Below are positions 1 to 11,708 of a stretch of DNA of 64,000 bases, piece by piece (the first letter of the stretch is position 1; each line of letters begins with the position of its first letter). The translations under genes were made by a program, and so were the position numbers. Below the pieces are notes generated by a model. The model saw only the letters and a list, made by a program, of their open reading frames with translations. It searched no databases and was not told the origin of the DNA. The stretch comes from Malacoraja senta (lineage: Eukaryota): assembly GCA_038087875.1 (NCBI GenBank), contig JAXLNO010002470.1, positions 1-64,000 on the forward strand, given 5' to 3'.

Positions 1-204
1 CCACGACCGCCTCGATTTGGAGCCCTTCTTCCCTCGCCTCCGCCTCACACCTTCTTCCACGGGAAGGAGTCCTCGCCCCCATTGATGATCCTTTTCCCGT
101 CTCCAACGCACCCCATCCTCTTGGACCCCCCCTCATGGCCATTGGGATAGTCGATGACGGAGTTGAAGGGAAAGAGAGTAAAGGGAGGGTTAAGGACCCC
201 AGAA

Positions 205-500
205 TTGATCCTCTCCACATCCACTATATCCAAGCTTTTCACTATTTGGTATGATTCAATGAGGTCCCCCCTTATTCTTCTAAAATCCAGCGAGTAGAGG
301 TCCACTGCCATCAAATGCTCATCATATGTTAATCCATTAATTCCTGGGATCATTCTTGTACACCTCCTCTGGACCCTCTATAGAGCCAGCACATCCTTCC
401 TCAGATATGGTGCGCAAAATTGCTCACAATGCTCCAAATGTGGCTTGACTGGTGCCTTATAGAACCTCAGCATTACATCCCTGCTTGACAGGGAGAAAAT
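205..500 (-). mobile_element. CR1 LINE fragment (C-terminal RT region), decayed
   Basis: Minus-strand translations LRFYKAPVKPHLEHCEQFCAPYLRKDVLAL and PGINGLTYDEHLMAVDLYSLDFRRIRGDLIE match the CR1 ORF2 C-terminus, compared with the intact copy at 21592-22899. Confidence 0.75.
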
Positions 501-814
501 GCAATTGATGTCTTTCATATTAGTTAACCATGGATTTTCTTGACCACAGTTGACAGCCCCTAATGGGATTGCATCACTTTCACACATCTCTATAGAGCAT
601 AGCGTTAAGCTTCGAAGGGCAAAATTTACACGAGTTGTGCAGGTCAAGTGTTTTTTTGCAGAGAGAGCTTGATACCTAGAATGCGCTACCAGGAGTGGTG
701 GTAGAGGAGGACATGATAATGGTGCTTAAGAAGGGTTTGGACAGGCTTGTGGTTATGCAGGGAATACAAGGATATGGATCAGATGCAGGCAGTGGAGATG
801 AGTTTTGGTTTAGT

Positions 815-1101
815 TTAGAGATAGAGTATGGAAACAGGAACTTTGGGCCACTGAGTCCGCACTGACCAGCAATTGCCCATTCACTATTTTTGTCCGACAA
901 GCTAGGGACAATTTACAGAAGCCAATTAACCTACAAACCTGCACGTCTTTTGTATTTGGGAGGAAACCGGAGCCCCCAGAGAAAACCCACAGGGTGACAG
1001 AGGGAACGTACAAACTCCGTCCAGACAGCACTCTAGTCAGGATCGAACCCGGGTCTCTAATGCTGTAAGACAGCCACTCTATCACTGTGACTCTGTGTTG
1101 C
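815..1101 (-). mobile_element. tRNA-derived V-SINE (HE1-like)
   Basis: Reverse complement contains the V-SINE core GGGTTTTCTCTGGGGGCTCCGGTTTCCTCCCA and a B-box-like GGTTCGATCC. Boundaries approximate. Confidence 0.7.
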
Positions 1102-1289
1102 CTTAGTTTAACTTGGTATCCTGTTCCACATGGACATTGCAGGCTGAAAGTCCTGTTCTTGTACTGTTCTTTGTTCTATATATTCTCATTGGACAGGGCA
1201 GGGATATGTTTTCAACTCCTCCAGCCTCCATGTTGAATACTTACTCGCAGTTTAAATCTGATTCAATTAGTCAATCCATTTCTCCCTCC

Positions 1290-1830
1290 CCTCCTGCCCT
1301 GATCCCCATTCTATATCTTGAAGTAGTCATTCCCTTTTTCACTCCCTAGTCTGTCTACTATCCCCACAACTTTCCTCTACTTTCCTGTCTTGGTGCGTGC
1401 AACATCTATCCATTTACCTCTTCCCTTCCCACTGTCCATAGACCCTGGTAGTTCTTCAAAGTGAAACAGCGTGAAACACTTGGACTTCCTGTCAAATCTA
1501 CTGCATTTGGTTTTCATGACGTAATCTTCCACATTGCATCAATGAAACAAATAGAATGGCTGCTTTCTGGAGAACCTGCATTCAATCCATGGAACTTTCT
1601 AAGATTCCTAATTCCTGCCACTTTAATTCTCCATTCAACACCCACCATGATCCATCCATCTGTACCTCTTACACTAGGATAACAAGGGTGAAAGTGTCCT
1701 TGAGGACCAACAACTCAGCTTCTGTCTGGACATGTTGCAGCCTTTCACACTCAATTCCACATTCAACGAGTTGCATTCCCTGTCGATAAAAGAACTTAGT
1801 CATTTCAACTGTTAAGTTGAAGTCAGAAAG
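1290..1830 (+). mobile_element. Penelope-like element remnant (GIY-YIG C-terminus)
   Basis: LEDQQLSFCLDMLQPFTLNSTFN at ~1700-1770 resembles the PLE terminal motif LEEQHLIFRLGxLQPxGMNIxF. Heavily decayed. Confidence 0.4.
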
Positions 1831-2721
1831 AACAGATGCAAGAAGTATGAAGCAGGATCCCAAGCTGAAAGATTACATAACCATGTCTTCCAGATGCTGC
1901 CTGAACCACTGAGTTACACCTGCACGTTTTTGTGTTTTTTTTAATTACAGTAAAGTTATCCACCAGCAAAATCAGGACAGCCTGACCTACTTGAGTATTG
2001 CAGTATGTGCTGCATTTTATATAACTCTGTTTAGTTTCATGCATGCAGAGACGCAGTGAAATGGTCTGGATGGAACAGCAGATGCTGGACACCCCGTCCC
2101 TTCTCTCCAGAGATGCTGCCTGTCCCACTGAGTTACTCCAGCTTTTTGTGTCTATCTGCAGTGAAATGGTTGTTCTGCATTCTCTCCAGTCAAGTCATAC
2201 TGTACATAAGTACAATACGTCCACTTCTGGAACAGCACGCAGAGATCCACCACATTCCAGGGACTATCTTCCAGCTTCCAAGTCTCTGAAAAGTCTGATT
2301 TTGCCCTAAGGAAATACCCAGTTTCTCATTTTCTCATGTTAAGGCCCAGTGTCATAACAGCACTGGATTGATGAAGTAGAGGCGCCTGCCTCAGTTTAAG
2401 TTTTTCTGTTTCAAGATTGTGATCAAACCCTCATCACTGAACTGTGTCGCAGTGCCACCCATTAGGTATCAGTCCCAATTATCTTTCAACATGCTGGAAT
2501 CACTTGTTTTTTTTATCCATTTTAGACTTTTTTCATGAATTGTTCAGCATAAACAGTTATGCTACAACAGGTAAGCGCAGCTACCACTTATTTCCAGATA
2601 TGTAACAACACAAGAGATAGTGTTGGAAGAATGATCAAACTCACACATAGTGGTTAGAATCCATAGTCTTTTATTAGTAACTCTGCAGAGGAAACACAAG
2701 GTGCTTTCTTCTCAGCATGCT

Positions 2722-2902
2722 NNNNNNNNNNNNNNNNNNNNNNNNNNNNNNNNNNNNNNNNNNNNNNNNNNNNNNNNNNNNNNNNNNNNNNNNNNNNNNN
2801 NNNNNNNNNNNNNNNNNNNNNNNNNNNNNNNNNNNNNNNNNNNNNNNNNNNNNNNNNNNNNNNNNNNNNNNNNNNNNNNNNNNNNNNNNNNNNNNNNNNN
2901 NN
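2722..2902. other. assembly gap (181 N)
   Basis: Run of N. Confidence 1.
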
Positions 2903-2959
2903 GGCGGAGCCACAGTATGAGTGACACTAATCTACAGATAGGCACAGGGGTAAGTTGCG

Positions 2960-3245
2960 GTTTATTATTGTCACGTTTAGTTTCGAGGAACAGCATGGAA
3001 ATAGGCCTTTTGGCCCACTGAACCTGTGCTGACTAACGACCACACAAATATTAGTTCTATCCTACACACTAGGGACAATTTACAGAAACCAAAAAACTTA
3101 CAAACCTGCACTTCTTTGAATGTGACGGAACTGCAGCACCCGGAGATAACTCACATGGTCACAGGGAGAATATATGAACTCTATATAGACAGCACCCATT
3201 GTCACGATTGAACTTTGGTCTGTGGTACAGTTGCATGCTATCCAA
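2960..3245 (-). mobile_element. V-SINE (HE1-like), decayed
   Basis: Same core as 815-1101 (acactagggacaatttacagaa...acaaacctgcac...). Boundaries approximate. Confidence 0.6.
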
Positions 3246-3974
3246 TTGGATGAGATAACAACATACATATATATGATCAAGTCAACTCAAGTACTGTAGG
3301 TAGGGCAAAGGGGAAGGTACAGAGTGTGGCATGTAGTTCTCAGCAATGTAGCACACCAGTTCCATTAGATAAGGGTTTCGACACGAAACGTGAAACATTC
3401 CTTCTCTCCAAAGATGCTGCCTGACCCGTTGAGTTACTCTAGCATTTTGTGTCTATCTGCGGTTTAAACCAGCATCTACAGTTCCTTCCTACATAGTTCT
3501 ATAAACAAAGTCCACTGTCTGTAATGGGGTAATGGTCAATTGGACAGTACCCTAGCTTATGGAACGATCATTCAGAAGCCTGATTTTCTCCTCGGTTATC
3601 AAGTTTCCGAGTAAGCCATTTGGTCCTCTAACCTGCCCACCATTCAATATGACCATGGCTGACGTTCCTCAGGCATCAACTCCTGTTCGGTGCCAGTTCC
3701 TCATTGCACTCAATTCTCCAATCTTTCAAAAGTTTAACCACCGCCACATTAAATACTTCCAATGATTTTGTCTTCACAAATCTCTGGCGCCAGAGAATGA
3801 CCACACTCTGCAAAAAGAGATTTTGTAAAGAAATGACTGGTCTCTTTTATCTCTTATTGAAGAGGAGTGAAAATACTGCCAATTTTAAGCTTGCCCCTCC
3901 CCAATTGGCCCTCATTTCGTAACTTGTCAATTATTTATTATTGTCAATAATGTGCCCTAGTGAAAAGGTTTGCC

Positions 3975-4650
3975 GTTGGTATTAGTTTATTATTGTAACG
4001 TGAACTGAGATATTGTAGCGGCACCAAACGTGGTGAATAAAGGTGAGACGTCAGGCCGGTTCAAAGAGTCGTTTATTCAGTGCTGACACGTTAGGTGGGT
4101 GCCGACTATCATAACAGTGTTGCTGTAGCTGAGCGAGGTTGTTCCCTCGGGCTCAGCTACGGGTTGAACTCCTCAAGGTCTCGAGGTGAGATGACCTTAA
4201 GTACCAGGACACTCCCTCTAGCCCATGACGTCACGTGCCCGCCCTCGTACTTCCTAACGAGGGTTCGAGCATAAGTGGCCCATGTATAGGCTGCCGCCAC
4301 AATATAGTCACAAGTTTGTCTGTGTGTTATCCAATCAGATCATACTACACATGTGCAATCAAGCCATCCACAAGTAGAACAGCGCAAAGAGAAAAATACT
4401 CAGAGTGCAGAATATCGGGTTACAATATCATAGCATTACAGTTACAGAGAAAGTGCAGATCAAAAAGAGTTGCAAGGATCACAATGAGATTGGTTGGAAG
4501 ATCAGGGCAACATCTTATCTTACATGAGAACCATTCAGTAGTCCAATAACAGCGGGGAAGAAGCTGTTCCTGAATTTAATGGTACGTACTTCCAAACTTT
4601 CTTGTGTACTGTCTTAACAGGGAGGGTACGATCCCTTTTAAACCACGTGG
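3975..4650 (-). mobile_element. Rex1/Babar LINE 3' remnant, interrupted by a solo LTR
   Basis: Minus strand encodes RTIKFRNSFFPAVIGLLNG, a Rex1 ORF C-terminal motif. The 3' tail is split by the 4014-4301 insertion. Confidence 0.55.
4014..4301 (-). mobile_element. solo LTR (288 bp) with 4-bp TSD ATAT
   Basis: TG...CA termini with inverted ends TGTAGCGGCA / TGCCGCCACA, ATAT at 4010-4013 and 4302-4305, and AATAAA on the minus strand. Confidence 0.85.
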
Positions 4651-4790
4651 TTGGTTGATGGGACGAAAGAGGCAAAATGGGGCAGATGTGGACAGTAACT
4701 TGGTGGTTGTAGTAGACTGAAGAATATTTTGTGGTGGGTGACTGTGCAAGTTTTACTGAAGATGAAAATAACCATCTTACTGTCTTGTAG

Positions 4791-5057
4791 TTTCCCCTGA
4801 GGTCACTCTCGCTGCCCGCCCTGATGATCATTCAGTCCTGTACTGCACTGTGTTTGGATTTTACCCACCGGCCATCAATGTCAGCTGGTTGCAGAATGGT
4901 CAACATGTCTCTGAGACCAAATCTTCTGGGGTCATACCCAACAACGATGGAACATATCATCTAAAGTCTGTCCTTGAGTATGATCCGTATGATGGGAAAC
5001 AGTATTCCTGTCATGTCGATCACAGCAGCCTGCCCGGTGGGAAGACCATCATCTGGG
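4791..5057 (+). CDS. MHC class I-like heavy chain, alpha3 (C1-set Ig) exon
   Basis: Phase-1/phase-1 exon (tgtcttgtag | ... TGG G | gtaag) encoding (V)SPEVTLAARPDDHSVLYCTVFGFYPPAINVSWLQNGQHVSETKSSGVIPNNDGTYHLKSVLEYDPYDGKQYSCHVDHSSLPGGKTIIW. It has the C1-set C..GFYP..W, PNxDGTY and YSCHVDHSSL motifs and lacks the class II beta DW motif. No alpha1/alpha2 exons were found in the window; they are presumably upstream. Confidence 0.8.
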
Positions 5058-5399
5058 GTAAGAACATTAAATATTCTTTCATAGATAATCATTATCTTCT
5101 GTTGTTTCCATTTTAATCATTGTGACTACATCCCATATTCCAAGATGCTTAAACTTTCTTTGTTTAGTGGTGTTGCTCTAAGCAATCACGTAATCAGCAC
5201 CCACTCTCCACATGAGCAGAAGACTTTGTCAACAGAAAATTTATCAAAAGTAAATAAATAACTAATATACAAGGAAGGAGTATTTGAGATTCTCAGTGGT
5301 GGAACTGAAATCCATGAAAGGTATGTTTAAATAAAAAATGAATCTTTCCTCATGATGTGATTAACAGCAAGGCACTGGGGGAGTACATGCCCCAATCCG

Positions 5400-6095
5400 A
5401 ATCAATGGTCCGAAGCGGAAATGATTGAGAGCTTCATGTTCCTTGGCATGAATTTATCCGATATTCGGTCATGGACTGGCCACATAGCCAAGGAGGCACA
5501 CCGACACCTCTACTTCCTCCGGAGACTGAGAATATTCATCATATCTCTGGTGACTCTAGCAAACATCTATAGATGCTGCTAGAGAAAGCATGTTGTTGGG
5601 TTGCATCACATCTTGATTTGGGAACTGCACTGCCCAAGACTGCAAGAATATACAAAGAGTTAAAGATCATCACACAGGCCAGACTTCCCACTGTTGATTC
5701 AGTCTACACCAGGTTGCCTTGGAAAACGAGACTTATCCCACCCCGGTCATTCCTCCTTCCTGCTCCCATCAGGCAATAGGTACAGAAAGTTGAAAGTATA
5801 CACTGCCAGACTCAGGAACACCCCCTTTCCATCTGTTAACAGGCTTCGGAAGGGTTCTTCCATAATGTAGGTTTAATGCCCGATTTACCTCAACCTCATT
5901 GCACATTGAACATTGTCTATGGAACTGATGTGTTACAATGCTGAGAAATATATTCTGTACTCTGTATCCTCGTCTTTGCTCTATCTATTGTTTTTGAGTT
6001 TGTATTTATGTATAGTTTTATAATTTGTTTGGATAGCATACAAAACAAACCTTTGCTCTGTATTTTGAAACATCTGGCATTAATAAAACTAAACC
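5400..6095 (+). mobile_element. Rex1/Babar LINE 3' fragment, decayed
   Basis: Translated pieces HRHLYFLRRLR and HPGHSSFLLPSG..YRKLKV.TARLRNT, plus an AATAAA-containing tail. Confidence 0.6.
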
Positions 6096-6560
6096 TAATG
6101 AAGTAAGTTCCATGACGCAAGTTACAGCTTCTGCAACAACAAATATAGCTGCCTGACAAACAGCGATCGTACTAGTTTGATTCCAGGTGTGCTGCACTAA
6201 CCGACACAAATGCTCACTTTTGAAGATCCCCTCGAACAGTGCACAACTAAGGAATCTGATGTTTCACTCTGAAGACTGTTGACATACTCCAGAACTTAAT
6301 TTCCAACCTATCTATGTATCATCAGCAATCTAGGCTACAGCGCCATCAGTCCCTTCATCTGCTCTTAATACCAACGATAAGTAGTTCACTTTCTTGCATT
6401 GATTCCCAACCTGCAGTTGCAGTTTCCCAACCTGAACACTCCTTTAAGACAACTCTCTGCTTGCTCTTAATTGTTTTTTCCATTCATGCTAATTATTACC
6501 CCCAATGTCATAAGCCTTTGCATCACTTGATTGATATCTTATGAAAATCCAGATATTGTG

Positions 6561-6574
6561 GCGACATCTGGTGG
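6561..6574 (-). promoter_or_regulatory. CTCF-like motif in class I-like intron
   Basis: Reverse complement CCACCAGATGTCGC matches 13/14 positions of the CTCF core CCASYAGRKGGCRS. Confidence 0.35.
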
Positions 6575-6949
6575 TCAGGCCACTTATTGCTAGAACCCTC
6601 GTCAGGGGAGCTGGGACTATCACATGACAGGGTTTTGGTGGGAGTTGGTGATGAATCAGTCGCCAGTCAACTGGTGTGCCCGATTACAACGGCAGGAACT
6701 TTGCTCAAGTCCTTACTAAACGCGAGTGGGCCAAAACTGTATTTCTTTAAAAAAACATTGATTTGTTCATGACGTTTGGATCTCTACAATATATTGTATT
6801 TCTTTTGTTTCTCATTCCAATTTTGTTACCTATTCTGCTTTTCCATCATTTTGTTTTTGAATTTTAGACTGTGCACACCTGCTGCTCGAATATACATTGT
6901 CTACGGGTTCCTGTTGCATTTTCAAAGAATTCGAATCAATTTCTCAAAC

Positions 6950-7165
6950 AAAGTTTGAAGAAGGGTCCCAAAACGAAACGTCACCTGTCCATGTGTAAGA
7001 AGAAACTGCAAATGCTGGTTTACACCGAAGATGGACACAAATTGCTGGAATAACTCAGCTGGTCAGCCAGCATCTCTGGAGAAAAGGAATAGGTGATGAA
7101 TCCATGTTCGCCAGAGATGCTGCCTGTTCCGCTGAGTTACTCCAGCATTTTGTGTCTATTATGTA
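6950..7165. repeat. Penelope-derived short repeat, head-to-head copies
   Basis: gacacaaattgctggaataactcagc...gcatctctgg followed by its inverse ccagagatgctgcc...gctgagttactccagcattttgtgtc. Further family members lie at ~2066-2165, 3370-3495 and 7570-7680. Confidence 0.55.
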
Positions 7166-7745
7166 TATTCTTTCCACTGACTGGTTAGCATGAAACAAAA
7201 GCTTTTCACTTTACCTCAATACATGTGACAATAAACTAAACTAAAGCTTTTGTGTAAATCAGTATCTGCACCTCTTTCTTTCTACAATTTTCCTGTTAAT
7301 GCCCTGATAATGCACTTTATTGTTTTGTATTATTACTTAAATGTTCTGCCATTATTGAAAGGAATCCAGCATTTTCCCCAAAACAAATGTTAGTTTATAT
7401 AGGGTTAAAGCTTTCTGCTTTCAATTCACCTTCTTTCTTGAATTAAGTTGTGGCTGTGATGGTGCCATAGATCATAGAGTTGTACAGAACATATATTGTC
7501 CCTTTGCCATGCTGCAGAACTCCGTGATTCAAAACACCATATCATCTTATATACCTTGAAAAGCGCCAAAGATACACATAAAATGCTGGAGTAACTCAGC
7601 GGTCAGGTAGCATCTCTGGAGAAAAGGAACAGGTGGCATTTCGGGTCGAGACCCTTCTTTACTCTGAAGTCTTCAGACAGTGCCCATCTATTTAGCTGCA
7701 CAGCTTAACAATTGATTTGTAAAATTATGCATTCTTATTTTTCAG

Positions 7746-7853
7746 AAGGAAATAGGAAGAAAGACAGGCACATAGGCCTTATTGCCGTGTGTGTGCTGAT
7801 AATGCTGGCAATTGTCTTGGCAGTAATTGTTTGGTGGAGAAAAAAGTGGAGAG
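7746..7853 (+). CDS. MHC class I-like heavy chain, connecting peptide/transmembrane exon
   Basis: Phase-1/phase-1 exon (tcttattttttcag | ... AGA G | gtaag) encoding (E)GNRKKDRHIGLIAVCVLIMLAIVLAVIVWWRKKWR: a hydrophobic helix plus a basic stop-transfer segment, in frame with the alpha3 exon. It lacks class II-type Gly motifs. Confidence 0.8.
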
Positions 7854-8119
7854 GTAAGATGGGAAAATTGTGATGCACTGTTGCTAGTAAAGGTATTGGG
7901 CTTGAAGAAATGATCGATCTCAAGTAGGATAAGGCAGCAGCTACACCTGAAATGCCTCGACAGTCAGCACTGTCAACTAGCCTTTGTGCTGTTGTTAAAT
8001 GTTTCTGATAATCAGATATTTAAAAATTGTGAATTCAGTGTAAAAAAATGTTATACATTATGGATTCACTGCCCTAAATCCTAGAAATATCAATGAGTCA
8101 TTAAAAAGCACAGCATGCA

Positions 8120-8410
8120 AGCAGTCCATTCGGCCCACCGTGTCCATGCCAACCACCAACCACCTGTTTTCATGAATTCTATCTCATTGCACCTTCTCAT
8201 CCAGTCACCCACCCACTAGGGGCAATTTACAGTGGCCAATTAAACTATAAACTGACACATCTTAGGATGTGTGAGGAAACTGGAGGGATCCAATGCGGTT
8301 ACACGGAGAACGTGCAAACTCCACATAGATGGCACTCAAGGTCAAAATTGAACCCGGGTCTGTGTCGCTGTGAGGCAGCAGCTCTACGAGTTGTGACACT
8401 GTGCTGCTCT
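8120..8410 (-). mobile_element. V-SINE (HE1-like)
   Basis: V-SINE core in reverse. Boundaries approximate. Confidence 0.6.
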
Positions 8411-8479
8411 GTTGGGGGCTCGCACTGTTCATGATCCAAGTCAGCTATGAGGCAGATTGGTTGCAGTTTAACATTTACT

Positions 8480-8775
8480 AGTTTTGTTTAGTTTAATTTA
8501 GAGATACAGTGACGAAACAGGTCCTTCGGCCCACCGAGTCTGCGCTGACCAGCGATCCGCGCACATTAACACTATCCTATACACGCACACCAAGCCAATT
8601 AACCTACATACCTGTACGTCTTTGGAGTGTGGGAGGAAACCTTAGATCTCGGAGAAAACCCACGCGGTCACGGGGAGAACGTACAAACTCTGTACAGACA
8701 GCATTAGTAGTCGGGATCGAACCCGGGTCTCCGGTGCTGCAAGCACTGTAAGGCAGCAACTCTACCGCTGCACAC
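8480..8775 (-). mobile_element. V-SINE (HE1-like), well preserved
   Basis: ggaggaaacc...gagaaaacccacgcggtcacggggagaacgtacaaactc...gggatcgaacccgggtctc is the reverse complement of the V-SINE body and tRNA head. Confidence 0.75.
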
Positions 8776-9684
8776 AGTAGCTGCCACCAAGGCCGCTGTT
8801 GCTGGAAAACTCCAAATTAAGTGGGAATGTGAGTAGTGGGAGAAATGGTTCAAGGTGGAAAGCCGAATGAATGAGCAACAACATGACAGGTGGACTACAA
8901 TGTGAAACAGGACAGCACAGAGCCAGAGACCTGAATTAAATACCGACATCGGCTGTTGTATCTGTAGAGTATGCATGTTGTTCCTGTGACCATGTGGGTT
9001 TCCCCAGGTGCTCTGGTTTCTTCCCACATCCCCAAAACATTGTTTGGTAGGTTAGTTGTCCCCTAGATTGAGCATGATACAATGTGGGGAGAGCTGATGA
9101 GAATGTGGGACAACTATAGGATTAGTGTACATGAATGGTTAGTGCAGGTCAGTGGGACAAAGGCCATGTTTGTATGCTGCATATTTCCATGACTCTTTAT
9201 GATGTAGAAAGATGTTGACTATTTTTGATTTATAAGATTGGGAAAGACTGTGAGGGACAGTGCTATAGTAACTCAGCAGGTCAGGCAACATCCCTGGAGA
9301 CCATGGATAGGTGACAATCTGGTTCGAGACTCTTCAGGCAAATTACAATGGGTATTCCGCAGCTTAAGTCTGACAGTAGTGTACAGATGCACCTCAACCA
9401 CTGACTTGCTCAACAAGTGCTTAAATTAGTTGACTTAAAGTATGTTTGGAGTAACATGCAGCAGTCCTTAAAATCTACCATTTCCCAAATCCCAAGAGAG
9501 CTGGATGATCAGGGTTTTAGTGTAATCTATATCACTGGTTTCTTGCCTGTGATCACACTGTTGTAAGATATATGCTGGTGATGAATTGCAGTTCACTTTC
9601 CTCCTGTGTAAAGGAGTTATTGTGTTGAATATAACAAGTGGAAGGGAAAGTCAGTGTAGGATTTAGAGTTTGTACGTAATGCAG

Positions 9685-9970
9685 CTTGGTAGTGCAGCTG
9701 GTAGAACTGCTGTCTCACAACGCCAGAGACCCAGGTTCAATCTGGACCTCGGGTACTGTCTACGTGGAGTTTGCACATTCTCTTGTGACTATGTGGGCTT
9801 CCTCAGGGAGCTCCGATTTCCTCCCATATCCCAAAGATGAGCAGGTGTGCAGGTAATCATCCTCGGTAAGTCACCCTGATAGTGTAGGGGGTGGATGGGA
9901 AATCTATTATGAATGGGTGATTGCTGGTTAGTATGGATTTGGTGGCACAAATGGCCTGTTTACACCCTGT
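9685..9970 (+). mobile_element. V-SINE (HE1-like)
   Basis: ggtagaactgctgtctcacaacgccagagacccaggttcaatc...ctccgatttcctcccatatcccaaaga. A further copy lies at ~8960-9180 and a CR1 3' tail follows at ~9975-10145. Confidence 0.65.
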
Positions 9971-10699
9971 ATCACTGTTTTCAAGAGAGAGTTAGATTTA
10001 GCTCTTAGGGCTAAGGGAGTCAAGGCATATGGGGAAAAAGCCAGATCGGAGTATTAATTTTGGATGATCAGCCATGATTGTATTGAATGGCGGTGCTGGC
10101 TCAAAGGGCCGAATAGCCTATTCCTGCACCTATTGTCTATTGTCTACACACACTAGGAACAATTTATAATTTTACCAAGCCAATTAACCTACAAACTGTG
10201 CGGGACGAAACTGAAGAATGTCATAAACTGTGAGAATTGATTGCAAATGTTATACAATATTATAAACTAAACTGGGTGATCAAAATGACAAGATGGATGA
10301 AGAGCAGAGTTTTCATTGAAATAACAGACGTACAGCTTTCTCGAGCACTTGGCCTTGGTTGTGTAATATTTCCTCTTCAAAATACAATGTTCCCAGGCAT
10401 TGCTGGTCTGAGACACCATTCAGCAAGTATATTTCCTGAAATTGAGGTTCTGCTTTCATGGTATCAAGATGTCTAACAGCTCCAGCACCCAGATCAGAAC
10501 CTTGCCAAAACTAAGAATGCAGCAACAATTTAGTCATTGAACATCAACGACATGCAGATTTGAACTGAGGCAATGGTTAGCTTATTATCACTGTAAACCA
10601 GTCATGGTCATGGGTCTGCCATTGTGGTCACTATTAGTGAGGGTGATTAACTATCATTTAGCAGTGAAACGGAAAAGAATTGGCTTTTCAAGCCCATGG

Positions 10700-11230
10700 A
10701 GCCATAGAGTCATACGACATGGAAATGGGCCCTTTGCCTCAACTTGGCCATGCCACCCAAGATGCCATGTTTAAACTACAATTTTCCTGCAATTGACCCA
10801 TATCTCACTGAACCTTTCCTATCTACAGTATGTACTTGTCCATGTGTGTTCTAAATGTGTTTTAATACCTGCCTCAACTTCCCCTGGAATGTTCTTCCAT
10901 ATTTCCACTTCCTCTGGTTCCGAGTAACTAGTTTGCTTCTCACCTTAAATCTAAGTCCTCTGGTTCTTGATGACACAAGGCTGGTTAAAAGATTCTGTGC
11001 ATTCAATCTATCTATGCTCCTTGATTTTATAAACTTCTATAAGATCACCCCTCAGGCTCTTGCGTGCCAAGGACTAAAGTCCAAGCATTCTCATCCTCTC
11101 CCTGAATCACAGGCCCTGTTAATGACATCCTTCCGATAATGGAGTGAACAAAACTTAACACAATACTCCAAATGTGGCCTCACCAACATCTTGTACAACT
11201 GTAGCAGAACATCCCAACTTTTTTATTGTA
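10700..11230 (-). mobile_element. CR1 LINE 3' fragment, decayed
   Basis: Minus-strand LGCSATVVQDVGEATFGVLC region aligns out of frame with CR1 LYxxLVRPHLEYC, followed by a typical CR1 3' sequence. Confidence 0.55.
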
Positions 11231-11471
11231 CCTTTTAAAATCTTTTTATTGTTTTTTTTCCAAAAAACAAATACAAAAATAAAACATAAAAAACAGAGCA
11301 AAAAGAATAATGATAAACATAAGAATGGTATTGATACATAGGGATCAGGATTAAACACATTAATAACAGGTATAACCTAATATGAGACCAGTGTCAAAAT
11401 ACACAATGAATATAGACCTCCCGGTCTCTATGTAAATATAGTTAAATCTTTAAAAGGAAACATAAATGTTA

Positions 11472-11614
11472 NNNNNNNNNNNNNNNNNNNNNNNNNNNNN
11501 NNNNNNNNNNNNNNNNNNNNNNNNNNNNNNNNNNNNNNNNNNNNNNNNNNNNNNNNNNNNNNNNNNNNNNNNNNNNNNNNNNNNNNNNNNNNNNNNNNNN
11601 NNNNNNNNNNNNNN
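11472..11614. other. assembly gap (143 N)
   Basis: Run of N inside the L1 3' UTR. Confidence 1.
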
Positions 11615-11708
11615 TGAACTGAGAAATTCAACAATTTAAGTCTGTTTGTCGTCAAGTCCGTTCCACCCTATTTAAAATAATTTTTATAACAGTTAAAGAG
11701 GGAACAAT

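Noticed and set aside
1456-1477. IRF/ISRE-like AAAGTGAAAC
   Set aside because: Lies within a decayed Penelope coding remnant and is probably coincidental.
2650-3021. ORFs spanning N gaps (also 24260-24769 and 58960-59484)
   Set aside because: Open only because N codons are not stops.
5281-5320. Possible extra mini-exon (VFEILSGGTEIHE) with a strong AAG|gtatgt donor
   Set aside because: Purine-rich acceptor context and a phase-2 exit, incompatible with the phase-1 TM exon.
4791-7853. MHC class II beta/alpha or W-category chain
   Set aside because: The C1 exon lacks the class II beta DW motif and the TM lacks the Gly-rich dimerisation pattern, so class I-like fits better. A B7-H6/tapasin-type C1 protein is not fully excluded without upstream exons.
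9614-9666. Alternative terminal exon GVIVLNITSGRESQCRI*
   Set aside because: Weaker acceptor (tgtgtaaag), no nearby poly(A) signal and no recognisable motif. The 18791 exon is preferred, but RNA data are needed.
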